NCBI GenBank assembly: GCA_034780895.1
Contig: JAUZTB010000127.1
Span: 69,020,101 to 69,084,100, forward strand
Direction of reading: 5' to 3'
DNA length: 64,000 nucleotides
Source: Rhynchobatus australiae
Lineage: Eukaryota
This document shows, in pieces, positions 39,240 to 51,900 of this stretch (the stretch's first letter is position 1; each line of letters opens with the position of its first letter). A model generated the notes under the pieces. It ran no database searches. It was not told the DNA's origin and saw only the letters and a list, made by a program, of their open reading frames with translations. Made by a program: the position numbers and the translations under genes.

Positions 39240-40042
39240 TTTGGAACCACAGAATGCCTGTTGGGGATAGTTTTCTAGAGCAGTTTCTGGTCCAACAAGA
39301 AAAGCATTGCTGGATCTAGTTCTAGGAAATGAGGTGGCCCATGCACACCAAGTTTCAGTAGAGGAACACTAAGATGATTATAACATGATTTAGGTTAGCT
39401 ATGGAAAAGGAAGACCACTATTTGGAGGAAGGGCTATTTAAAAGGGATGAGTAGATCTGGCCCAGGTAAACTGAAACCAGAAATTGAGAAGCAAAATTGT
39501 AGCAGAACAATGGAGCAACAATCAGCTAGAGGAACTCAGCAGGTTGAGCAGCATCTGTGGGAGAAAAGTAATTGCCAAAGTTTTAGGTCAAATGCACATT
39601 CCCATGAGGAACAAAGGAAGAACAAATAAATGGGTTCCCTGGATGATGAAAGAAATTACAGAGAAGATAAAGCAAAAAAAAAGACTGCTTATGGCAAGTA
39701 TCAGGTTTTAAATATCAATGGGAATCAAGCTGATTAAAAGAATCAGAGTAGAAGTGCAAACTAAAATGGCAAAGAGGGTGTATTAGGAAAGATTACCAAA
39801 TTAGCTGTCAACAAAAAAAGGAATCCAAAATGTGTACTGTTGGCATACAAAATGATAAAATATCTAATAAGGGCTAAGTACCAAAGATGTATTTTTCATG
39901 TCTTCACCAGAAAAGAAGGTGCTTCCAAGGCACGAATGAAGGAGGATATAATTGAGCCTTTCATTGATAGCATTCAGGTATTTAAGAATTGACTGAATGC
40001 AATGCAGTTAAGTCACCAGGACAGGATGGCTTGCATCCTAGT
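39240..40042 (+). mobile_element. Degenerate CR1 LINE ORF2 fragment
   Basis: 'ctggatctagttctaggaaatgag' (LDLVLGNE), VPWMMKEITEKIKQKK, ending at 'aagtcaccaggacaggatggcttgcatcctag' (KSPGQDGLHP). Confidence 0.7.
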
Positions 40043-43000
40043 ATTCCTCATTGTGCTTCTTCCCAATGAAGAAATCATAGGGAAGAAGCACAATAAACTG
40101 AAAGAAAGAGTTTGAGTTCCTGAAGATAAACACAAACAACTAGTAACTTGCTTGCAAGGTGTTACTGAGCTAGATAGTACAAATGTCAAAACGTTATTAA
40201 ATTATTTACAGCAAGAATCACTCCAATTTTATAAGGCGCAAATTTTTGATGTCCGAAAAATACATTTCATAACATTAAAGGAGTCTGCAATCAGTTTCAC
40301 TTCTTAGTGTAAAACTCGGTTCTAATGTTTCTTCAGCGCTTAGAGCATGTAATCCAAGGAACAGGAGTTCACATCAGTGAAGATGCAGTCATAAAACATG
40401 GCCCTGGCTGGAAGGAATTACTGGTCATGATATTGCACATATCCTGGATTGTGCATTTCTAATTATACCTTTGTTTACAGGACAGTATTCACCTACTTTT
40501 GAGGAGTAATTCAGGGACCAGTTTTAACCATTCCCTTTGTAAAAGCTTTTGCTCCCCCACATCTTTTGCTGATCGTGATCATCAGCTTTGCTCAGAAACC
40601 AACATTAAGCTGCAATAATCTAACCCTGCATCTTAAATCCCTCATCCCTTGAAATATTCTAGAAAATCTTCTCTTCACCCTCTTGAGACCTTCATATCTT
40701 TATAAAACATGGTGATGAGAAATGGATGCAATATCCTAGATTGACCTATCCAGTGTTTTTATAAAAGTTCAACATCACTTCACCACATTTGTACTCCATA
40801 CTTCTTAAGTATGTTGAACTAAATTCTTTCTAAATCCTGCCACTTTCAAAGTGAATGTACAGTTACATATACTGGCTGAAAAGAAAGAGGAAATATCTCT
40901 GCTTCTCCTCTACATCAGCTTGTAGAAGACCACTGATCATGCACATCCTAAACATGTTTACATTGCTTATGGATTTAATAAGGTCTGCAATAATTATTTT
41001 TATTCCAATGACAGAATGCTAGATCCTCATTTCCACATACAATGAGGAATGTTCACCTCATTCCTCTTATTTTCACACAGAAATATTTTCAGATAAATTT
41101 CTCAATCCAATCGCCAGAACTCATTTAAGATAGTTTAATGGAACAGTAAAAAAACAAGTTATCTTTAACAGTAATATGTTATTTTTAAACAAGGTTTTGG
41201 AAGCTAAATTCCTTGCAAGATGGGGTAAGGATTGCGTGAGTTTGGGAGTTCTACGTTAATGTAAAGCCTAAGAAAACAGTGCAGATTTCTGGCCTCTTTC
41301 AAACTTTACACACAGGATATTTCAACTGCCCAACTCAAACAATTTCCTGCAATTCTCCAATCCATAAAAAGAAGAAACACATTGTTTTTTTTTTGTGATC
41401 AATGTTTAAATAGCAGCATAACAAGAATTCTTAAACTCCCTCAGGGAGTGTGTACAAAAACATTTGCCTTGCAGTTTACATTTTGAACACAGAAGACAGA
41501 TTGCACTGATTTAATCAATGTTATTTGTCAATGGCTTAACATGAAGAACCTGATTTGACGAGGTATTTTCCCCCCATTCCCAAATATATCCAATCTTATT
41601 TTGCCTTGGCAATTTTCTCATCACCTGTAAGGTTTCGATTCTATTCCAGCTTGTGGCACCAGCTTATTGCTCACAGAAACCAAGAGAACTCCTTCAATTT
41701 AGCCTTAAGGCCCATTTGGTGACTGGGATAGGAAGTGAGAGAAGTGGGAGTTAGATTTGTTTTTTTTTGGGGGGGGGCAGCAGAAGGGAGGAATAAATCA
41801 GCCTAAATTTAAACTACTCATGCCATAATGCAACACTATCCATTTTATGAAGTATTTTCCGGACAAACTGGGGTCACTAATCAAAAGGAATAACCAGACT
41901 CAGCTTCAGACTGTTAGCATTCACAGTTCCAAGGCCAAGTGTCAGGAGTGACAGGACAGTTACAAGGTCAGCTGTTGCCAAATAATTAGTCACAATATTT
42001 AAGAGAAGATTATTGTCTGATCTCCTTTGCAGTAATGTAGTGCATGTGGAAAAAAAAATTAAACACAGCAAGTCAAAAAGCCCCAGTCAGCAAAACTTCT
42101 CTCACTTGGCATTAATTCACCCATGATAAAGTTAGAAAATTAACGCACAGCTCCAAAGGAAGTCTCAGGCCAAACATAGAAGCCACATAAATTGTGAAAA
42201 GGAGGAACTACACTTAATATAATCATGGGATGAGGCTTATGGCTGTTCAGTCATCGGTAGTATTCAAAACTGAAATAGATTTCAGGATATATTAGGAATC
42301 AAGGAATTTGCAGACAGATCCAGAAAAAGGTGTTGAGGTATGACATCAGTCATCTTGTTGAACTAGAGCTGGTTCACAGGGCTGAATGGACAACTCCAGT
42401 TCTTCCTCCTATTTCTTATCTGCTCAGGCAAGAAGGAACTTCAAGACCAGTATTTAATGCTTATTCCAAAAAGCCCTTAAGGTGGTAGTCATGAGTTGTC
42501 ACCTTCAACCTCTGCAGTCCCTGTGCTAAAGTAATGCCATCAGGCAGGGATTTCCATGATTTTGATCCAGCAATTAAGTGAGAATGATTGGATATTTCTA
42601 AATCATGGTGATGTTGACTAGAAGTAATGAGAGGTGGTTCTCCTAAATGTTTACTTCCCTTATTTTGTTGGGCAATAGATTGAGGACTCTTTTTGAAGCA
42701 GGTTTGACAAGTTGCTGCTGCGCTGCATTTTGTGGCTGGTACAAGCAGTAGCCAGAGTGAGTTGATAGGAGAGGGAACGCATGTTTAAGGTGGCGAAGGA
42801 GGACACAGATCAAGTGAGCTACTTTGTTCTGATCACCAGGCTTGTTGTCTGTTGTTAGAGATGAATCCTCCAAGCCAGAGTACCTTAGTTTGTGCCTTGC
42901 AAACTGTAAAAACCCCAAAGGCTGTGAAGGTGCCCGTTAACATTTCATTATTCTCAGCATCAGTGCTAACAAATCTAAAAGACATACAAGTGCAATTTAC

Positions 43001-43139
43001 AGCAGTGTCAGATTTACTATGTGGACAGGCAACTGGTGAAAGCATGAAGTTTCTCTGGTGGCTGGAAGTGTGCTGCAATTACCTCCAGAACTTTTGATCC
43101 TGATACTATTCAGTTCAGTTTCTAGCATTAGAAACATTT

Positions 43140-44700
43140 AACAGTTATGGCACAGAAAGAAGCCATCCAACTTTTAAATGCTCAAACTGGTCAACAATGG
43201 ACTTTAGGTTAGTTCCACTTTAGGTTATACCTCTTTAAAAGATCATCCAGATATTTTGTAAATGTGATGAGGGTCTCCACCCCTACATCCTTTCGAGCAA
43301 TTTCTACATTCCTCCACTCATTGTCTAAAATATTTTATTTCTTCCTCTAATTCTTCTATCAATTAAGTTCAATCTATGCCCCCACCCCCAGTTCCCCACC
43401 TCCCTGCCAAGGTAAATAGGTCCTTTCTTTTTAACCTGCATAATTATGAGAGGCCTGGGCATTTCAATTAAAGTCTTCACTGATGCAACGAAAGTAATAC
43501 TAGCCTGGATAGCCTTCCCTCCCAACTGTAATTCTCCAGCCGTAGCACATCATAAACCTCCTCTACATCATCCTTAATGCTATTGTGGCGACTTACCTCT
43601 CACGAACTGGCTCCCACGATCGCGGGTGTCGTCGGAGGCCCCGACACAAGATGGCGCGGTGCACTCCTCCTTTGTCGGACTAGTGGAGCCCGCGCGCGGG
43701 AAGGTCACATGACCTGCGCGTGACGTCAGCGCGGGAACTGTAGTTATTAAAGGGGCGGCGCACCCCAGTCGTTCATTCGACTCTTGGACTCCAAACAAGT
43801 ATCTCATGTCTTTATTCAGTGTAGCTAGCCACTACACTATCATATCCTCAAGTGGATTGTGTGACCAGAGCTGTGCATAGGATTCTAGCTGTGATCTAAT
43901 GTTTTACACAGATCTGGCATAACTTTCCTTCTCTTGTATTCAATGACTCAACCAAAAACTGCCTTCTAAACCACCTTATCTACACCACGGATTTGTGGAC
44001 TCCTTTATCCTTCTTTCTGTACCTCTTAGTAGCCCCGCTGGCCTAGTTTGCCCTCTCCAAATGCATTGTGCCAAGCTTCTCTGGCATGAATTCCATCTTA
44101 ATTTTACACCCAACTAATCAGCCCATGGACATCTTCCTGGAGCCTCCAACTTTCTTCTTCACTCTCAACTGGACAAGCAATATTGGCATCATCGGCAAAC
44201 TTCTTTAACTGTAGCCCTTGAGTCAGAGAGTCACAGTCAACAGCACAGAAACGGACCTTTCAGCCCACCGTATCCATGCTGACCCCATCTATACAAATCC
44301 TATTTTCCTGCCTCGAGACCATTTCCTCTATGCCTGTCAAATTATTTATAAATACACTACACAAAACAAAGGGCCTATTACTGAACCCTGTGAAGCCCAT
44401 TGTATATAGGTTTCAAGACATTAAAATTCCCCATCAGCCATTATTCTTTCCTTCCTGTCACTAAACCAATTTTTAATCTAATTTGCCACTTTCCCTCAAA
44501 TCTCATTGGTTTTTATTTTCTTGATAAAGATACAATTTGGAACTTGTTAAATGCCTTGCTACAACCCGTGTATACTTCATTAAATATTCTAACCTCATCA
44601 ACACTCCATCTTCACTGTTCAATAGATTCACTTAAGTTGGTCGGTCAAATTGCTTAATGATTACATGCTGACTGTACTGGAATAATCTATGCTGTTCCTC
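43140..44700 (-). mobile_element. Degenerate CR1-type LINE remnant hosting a solo LTR
   Basis: Reverse-complement RT motifs, e.g. 'tattggcatcatcggcaaactt' (KFADDAN) and 'gaacttgttaaatgccttgctacaacc' (SKAFNKF). Confidence 0.65.
43584..43836. mobile_element. Solo LTR, 253 bp (probably Ty3/Gypsy-type)
   Basis: Termini TGT...ACA, exact 4-bp target-site duplication CTAT at 43580-83 and 43837-40; abruptly GC- and CpG-rich relative to the flanks. Confidence 0.85.
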
Positions 44701-45261
44701 AACATTTTTTCATTTCTCTGTTTATTTTGGAAATTGTTGCTGTTTTACTTTTAATGATTAGAAATATTTGAAAAAGATGACATTAAAATCTACTGTGAAG
44801 ACTTTATTACTACTTTATGGGGCCTAGTAAATTGGACTGATACCTTTGTTCATTTGTGAAATGAAATCTTTTGCAACACAGTCCCACAATAATCCCAAAT
44901 AGCAGTACATTCTACACTGACAAAACAGAACTGATCTCTATCCCATGTGTACTCTGTCTTTCCTGTGACAGCCAAATGTAGCATAAATTACAAGTTACCA
45001 TGCCTCTCTGATTTAACTACTTTAGCTAATCTGTTTTTGTTTATGTAGTTTCAGAAGAAATGGGATAATTCAATGAATCATTGCAACAAAATCTGAGAAA
45101 AAGGATTGGCAGAAGGCCATACAAGCATCTTTTTGTTTTCTTTCAGTGAACTGACCTCCTGTATACTTCAAACATTTTTTAAACACAAGGCTAGAAACCG
45201 CTGGTGGCAATGATAGTAAATGAACATGTGCATTACTTGAATGAAGTTTCTTCGAGTTAGA

Positions 45262-45575
45262 GAGAGATATAGTGTGGAAACAGATCCTTTGGCCCACCAG
45301 GTCTGCACCGACCATTAACCACCCATTTACACCAGTTCTTCATTAATTCCATTTTTCATTCTCTCCACATTCCCTCAGATTTGACTGCACACCAACACAC
45401 CAGCGGCAGTTTATAGTGGGTGATTAACCTATAAACCCACACATCTTTGGATGTGGGAGGAAACCGGAACATACAGAGGTAACACACAAAGTTACAGGGA
45501 AGACGCCACACAGACAGCACCAGAGCTCAGGATTGAACCCAGGTCTCTGGCATCATGAGGCAGCAGCTCTACTAG
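45262..45575 (-). mobile_element. V-SINE/HE1-like SINE
   Basis: 'ggatgtgggaggaaaccggaacatacagagg...cagacagcaccagagctcaggattgaacccaggtctctgg' is the reverse V-domain plus B-box. Confidence 0.75.
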
Positions 45576-48239
45576 TCACACACACCTACAATACTTGATC
45601 TATTTCTTTCATTGTTTCTAAAGATGTGGACTTGCTGGAAAGCCAATGTTGTTCTGAGGTGGTGGTTATGGTTCATCTTTTTGAATAATTTCTAATACAA
45701 TTACTGATTTACTAGGGTACTGCAGGGTACAGCTAGAAGTGAACTGTAATACTATTGCACTGATGGCACAGATAGACCAGACCAGGCAAGGATAGCAGGC
45801 CTTTTACTCTTAAGGACACCGACAATGTAGATAACTTTTTAAAAAACATTTCCAGATTTTTGTTTCTAAACATAGAAGTTTAATCTAACTAGGTTAATAT
45901 ATTCCATTATAATAATAGGTGTTGACTAGCTATCATCAATTACTACCAACAGTATTTTCTGCTCTTTCTGTTGAAGTAATTTGAGCAAAAAAACCAGAAA
46001 ATTCAGTTTTTGCACTGAAAATTAAAACTACTGCATACTTCAACTGTTGAAGAAAAAATAGAATGTACAAAAGTCATGATTTACAGGATTGGATAACTCA
46101 ATATTGTGCTCTCAAGAGCACCTGCTGTATAGCATTTACAACTTTTTCCTATATTATTGACACCCCTATATTACCTGTAATTCTAGACTAGTTCAGTACA
46201 GACAATGTCAGTTCTGTGCACTTGACAAACGCATCTGTTCACGTTAACTGCCGCTTTAAATAAAAGTAATTCAATGTATATGAATCTCTTGGAGATTTTT
46301 TTAAAAAAGGTCTGAAAGAATGCTACAAAAATTCAAAGTCATTGGTAGCAGTACATTTAGCTGGACAATACAAAAATCACACTTAAACCAATAGATTTCC
46401 CTCATGTGCAACATTTGTGTGATACCCTTAATTTACCAATGATACACTTGTTACCACAAGAACTTTGCCCTAATATACAGCTTAAAGATGCTCCCTCTAG
46501 CAACAACCCAAGACTTGTAGCGCGAAGTATACAATTATGCTTTTGGATGACTGACTATTTAGGAAAAAAAGTAGGACAAAACACACCCCGTATAAACACA
46601 CTAATAAAAGCAATGAATTTAACTTGAAGTACTTCAGGCATATAATCCATTAAACATACTCAAAAACTTTTTAAAGAGGGTAGACTTCTTTTTTAGAAAC
46701 ATTAAATTGAAAATAGTAATCTTAAAAATAAACAGGAGCAACAAAATTTCAAGCGGCAACCAAATGCAAGTAAGTGAAGATGATGTTTTGTGATGATACC
46801 TATACTTAGATTTAGCACTCAAAACTATAATTCTCTGGTGTTGGTTCGACTTACAGTGGCAGTGCAGCAAATTTCCACAAGACTCCAGCTTGTTCCTCGT
46901 CCTACAACCCACACACACCTTGTCAAATTCTAGATACCATTATCTTTTGCTTCTTCCCCACTGAAACTTCATACTGACAGCTACTGTAGTATACTGATAG
47001 GATTTCCACTGGAGGACGTATAATCCAACATCGAGAAGTTCGGGAGATAGCAGTTCAACCACTAGCCAGAGACAGGAATATTGAAACAGCAAAATAATGC
47101 AGGAACAATTGGACTGGGTAACTGGTCTTTCGATTTGAACAACATAGAGCAGCAAACGGGAAACTTGCAGAACAATCAAGGTTTTTTTTTGCAAGCATGT
47201 TTCAGCCAATCATTGTGTATACAACAAAAGAGTTTCCCTCGCAGTTTTTAAACCGAGTCCATTTCACCCTTTCATCACATTTGGTTCCAAATCAGATAAT
47301 GATCATTTTAGAGCCCATTTTTAAAAAAATTCCTATTGTAATACAGGAACCGAGCTAGAAACAGCAAGGAAACAATGTCCGGAAAAGATTTTTAAAAAAG
47401 CGTGAAAACTTTTATAAATGCAAACCCTTCCTGTCGCCCAGAAGAATGTAAGAAATGAAGAGGGCTGCTGTCATCACAGCCAAAAGGAACTGAGGCTTGA
47501 GTTCAATTAGGCTGTGGCCCCAGGCCAGCAGTCCTGGGTCTGGATCTAACAAAATGAACATTTAAAAATAACTAAAATGCACAAATCATGGATTGCCTTC
47601 AGACTAACATCTGCAAACTTGCATATTCCTGATTTAACTAATTAACTTGTTTATAGTTCCGTTATTCCAGCTTCGTTTTCACTCACCAATAAATAATCTG
47701 TAAAATTACTTTCCAAGTGCAGACCATAGCTGGCCATACAATTCAAATCGTACCTTCATCATTTCCTAAATATGGGAATCTTAGTTAATCCTTTGCATCA
47801 TCATTCCAAGCTTCTGTCTCACTGCATTTACANNNNNNNNNNNNNNNNNNNNNNNNNNNNNNNNNNNNNNNNNNNNNNNNNNNNNNNNNNNNNNNNNNNN
47901 NNNNNNNNNNNNNNNNNNNNNGAAGAATATAACCCTTAATACAAGATAACTTTTAAACATGATGGATGTGAAGAAATAGAGACACATTATAGATGTTTGA
48001 TAACTTCTTTAACCACTGCAGCTCCAAAATACAACTGGTGCTGACCACAAAATCTCAGGCTTAACCCTTAATCTGTTAGCTGCCTTAGCTTAACTGCAAG
48101 AGCCAGGGAAAGACTTTTTTTTAAAAAAGATGAAAATATCATTCCTAGTCATAATTTGGTGCCCTTATATGAGAAAGAATTTATTTATGTATGATTAAAG
48201 AAATCATGAAATTGGACTAAACTATTTTACAAGGTGGAA

Positions 48240-48590
48240 TAGATATTATAGAACATAACAGATCAGTACATGCCCTTTGGCCCATGATGTTGTGTTGACC
48301 TATATAAACCTACTCTATCATCAATCTAACCCCTCCCTCCTACACAGTCCATAACCCTCCACTTTTCTTATATCCATATGCCTATTTGAGAGTCTTTCAA
48401 ATGTCCCTATTGTATCAGCTTCTACCACCATCCCCAGCAGTGTGTACCAGGCACCCACCACTCTGTGTAAAAAAAAACCTACTTCTCACATCTCCCCTAA
48501 ACTTTCTTCCTTGGACCTTAAACTGATGTCCTCTGGTATTGGCCTTTGCCGTCCTGGGGAAAAAGGTGCTGGCTGTCCACTCTATGTCAA
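48240..48590 (-). mobile_element. CR1-type LINE 3' end
   Basis: 'gccctttggcccatgatgttgtg...caggcacccaccactctgtgtaaaaaaaaacct' is a typical reversed CR1 tail. Confidence 0.7.
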
Positions 48591-50539
48591 AATTATCTAC
48601 TATGTTAAAGATGCCAAAGAAAAGGTGAGTTATAAGAGTTTGGTAAGCAACAAAGTTGCAACATGCACAAGAATGTCAGCATCATTATATAGGGAAGGCA
48701 GGAGAGAATATTATGTCACCAGTATCTTCTGTGGTAAAAACAGACCACAGGGAATCTAAAATGAAGCTGGAATGGATATGTGATGTTAAATCAGGATATA
48801 AGAACATTGAATGCAGCAAATAAAATAGCAAATTGTATAGCTGGATTAGAACAGACAAAAGATTAAACACAGTAACAAATGTTCCAATGAACTAACCGGA
48901 AGCAGAGCAGAAGAGCATCAAGACTGCCTCCCAGGTGTCGGAGTCGAGGTAAAAGACTGGAGAGATTGAGGATTAGATACAGTAAAACTCAGTTAATCAG
49001 GCACACTTGGGACTTTGGTGGTGTCTGAGTGGCAGGTTTTCTAGACTACTGGATGTCATTAATCAATTAAATAGACACACTTTTAATTTACATTTTTTAG
49101 ATGTTATACTAATAGTATAATAAATTTTCCAGTGAACACAGGAACTTTCAAGGAAGTGTGGGAACTGGTGACCAGCGGGAGGAGGAGTGCAGGTACCAGG
49201 ATCCCAACAGGTTTCAAAGCTTTGAGCACCATTATCAATTGTGATAATTACCAACCAAACAACAAACTACATAAATTGAGAAATAGAAATCATGGTCAGT
49301 AGGATGTGCAAGACAACCAGCATGAAACATCCAAGCTTCACATACAAGTAAACCAAATTACAATCTGTGTCTCATTGCTAACCCTGAACAGAGCCCCTAG
49401 TAAAAAGGAGAAATTTAGTTTCCTCATTCTCCCAAGAGTACGAAAATCAAACTAAACCAGAATTCAAACAAGCCGTGGAAAATACATTCTTGAACTCTGT
49501 CCAAACAGGGGCTTTCCTCAGTACAAGGACTTAGCAGTTAAGAGACACAGCTGCTTGCTAAACCTGAAAACTATTTTGCTAAGTATTAAACAGAGTCCAA
49601 ATTCCGATAGTCTAACACAGTTAAGCATATCCAAAAAGAATAGATTTGTGCAATTCCTGAAATTTGTTTATATTGAGCATTTTCTCACTTATTTCAGATG
49701 GATAAGCAGGCAAAGCCAAAATCTCTACAGATCAACCAAACAGCCAGAGAATTATACAGCACAACCCAGTTGAATAATGACCTTTCATTTTTGGAATCTG
49801 GGGCAATATCAAGTCTTGAATAATGGAATGAATGTCTGCCCTCTCAGCACATGCAACCATATTAAGTGAAACACATTTGAAGCCACTGCAATTTACTTAC
49901 TGGTAATCAACGGTTCACAATTCAAATTATCCCTCATTCTAGCATTACTATTAAGCCAAGTGACTGACCTAGGTTCAATGAGTACAGAAGGGCACGCTAA
50001 AAGCAGCACAAGGTAGATCTGTAAAAATGATGAGGTGCCAGTCTAAAAAAGCTGTAATACAGGACTACATGTATGCTAAACAGCTTGCAATAGACAGAGC
50101 TAAGCAATTTCATAATCAAAAGGCCAAATCATAGCACAGCACTCTTACCGCGTCAGATGTGAATGGTGGTGGACAATAAGACAGCTGATGGTAGAAGGGT
50201 GCTCCAACTGACAGGCCCAGCATACAAATACTAAAAAGGTTGAAGTGTTTTCAACCACATTCATCCAGGTGTCCCAATCATCACAGATGTCAGCCTTCAG
50301 TCAATTCAGTTCATTCCATGTGACAATAAGGCCAAGAGCACTGGATATGGCAAAAGGTTACAGGACTAGAAAACATCCCAGCTGTAGCGCTGAAGATNNN
50401 NNNNNNNNNNNNNNNNNNNNNNNNNNNNNNNNNNNNNNNNNNNNNNNNNNNNNNNNNNNNNNNNNNNNNNNNNNNNNNNNNNNNNNNNNNNNNNNNNCTA
50501 GAAAACATCCCAGCTGTAGCGCTGAAGATCTGCACTTAA

Positions 50540-51900
50540 TGACAAGTTTCATCTCGAGCCAAGTTGCTCCTATATAGTTACAACACTGGCATCTACCCGA
50601 CAATGAGGAAAGTTGCCCAGGTACATCCCGTTCATAAAAAGCTGGACAAATCCAACCTAGCCAATTGTAGTCCAGTATTCTAGCAACCATCAGCAAAATG
50701 AAGGAAGCCGTCATCTGCAGCAGCAGTTACACAACAACATTCTACTCATTAATGCCCAGTTAGGTTTTGCGAAGGCTACTCAGCCCTAGACCTCATTACA
50801 GTTTTGGCCCAAAGAGCTGAATTCCAGAGGTGAGATGGGTGAGAGTGACTGCCCTTGACATCAAGGCACCATTAGGGTGCCCTTGTAAATCTGAAATCAA
50901 TGGGCAGCAAAGTGAAAATGCTCTAGTGTTCAGTTATACCCCTCACAAAGAAAACTGGTTGAGTAGTCATCCCAGCCCCAGGACATCACTGCAAGTGTTC
51001 CTCAGAGCCATGACCTAGGTCCAGCCGTCTTGAGAGCCACTTCATCAATGGCCTTCCTTCCATCGTAACAGCAGAAGTGGAAATGTTTCTTCACGATTCC
51101 ATAATGTTCAATTTCATTTGCAACTCCCCAGCAAATGAAGCAGTCCATGCCTGCACGTAGCAAAGATCAGCATTCAGACACGGACTGATAAGTTGCAAGT
51201 AACATTCACGCCATGTAGTTCCATCTGCATCTTCAACAAGGCATTCAATGTTATTACCATCACCAAGACCCCATCATCAATATTCTGGGGGTCACCACTG
51301 ATCAGACACCCAAATGGATTGGCATGGCAACAAGGGCAGATCAAAGGCTGGGTACCTCAACATCTCAAGGTCTTTTCACTATTTTTACGCACAAATTTGG
51401 AATGTGGTGAAGTACTCTACACTTCCCTGGATGAGTGCAGCACTAAAATATTCAAGCAGCTCAATGCCACCCAGGACAAAGCAATCTGCTTGATTGGCAC
51501 CCCCATCAAGCACCCTAAAATGTTCATTCTCTCCACCACTGGCATATCATGGCTCTAATGTGTGCCATCTACAAAATACATTACTCAAGCTACTCTGCCA
51601 GCAACTCTCAAACCCATGACCTCTACCAATAAACAAATCAAGGGGAGCAGGTACATGGGGANNNNNNNNNNNNNNNNNNNNNNNNNNNNNNNNNNNNNNN
51701 NNNNNNNNNNNNNNNNNNNNNNNNNNNNNNNNNNNNNNNNNNNNNNNNNNNNNNNNNNNNNTGAGTTTCAAAATACAACACTGATCCTTCATCACTGAGT
51801 CCAACTCCCAACTGTGTTGTGGGAGTACCTTCACCAAAGCAGCAGCTCACCACATCCTTCGAGGGCAATAAATGCTCACTTTGCCATGGACATCGAGATC
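50540..51900 (+). mobile_element. Degenerate non-LTR retrotransposon (CR1/L2 group), RT and 3' end
   Basis: ELNSRGE..VRVTALDIKA RT motif, KQLNATQDKAICLIG, tail 'gggcaataaatgct'. Related fragments at about 42440-42960 (-) and 60370-60530 (+). Confidence 0.75.

Noticed and set aside
50366-50529. Direct repeats flanking N runs (also at 2393-2524 and 10009-10126)
   Set aside because: Each surrounds an exactly 100-N gap, typical of unmerged contig overlaps, so probably an assembly artefact.
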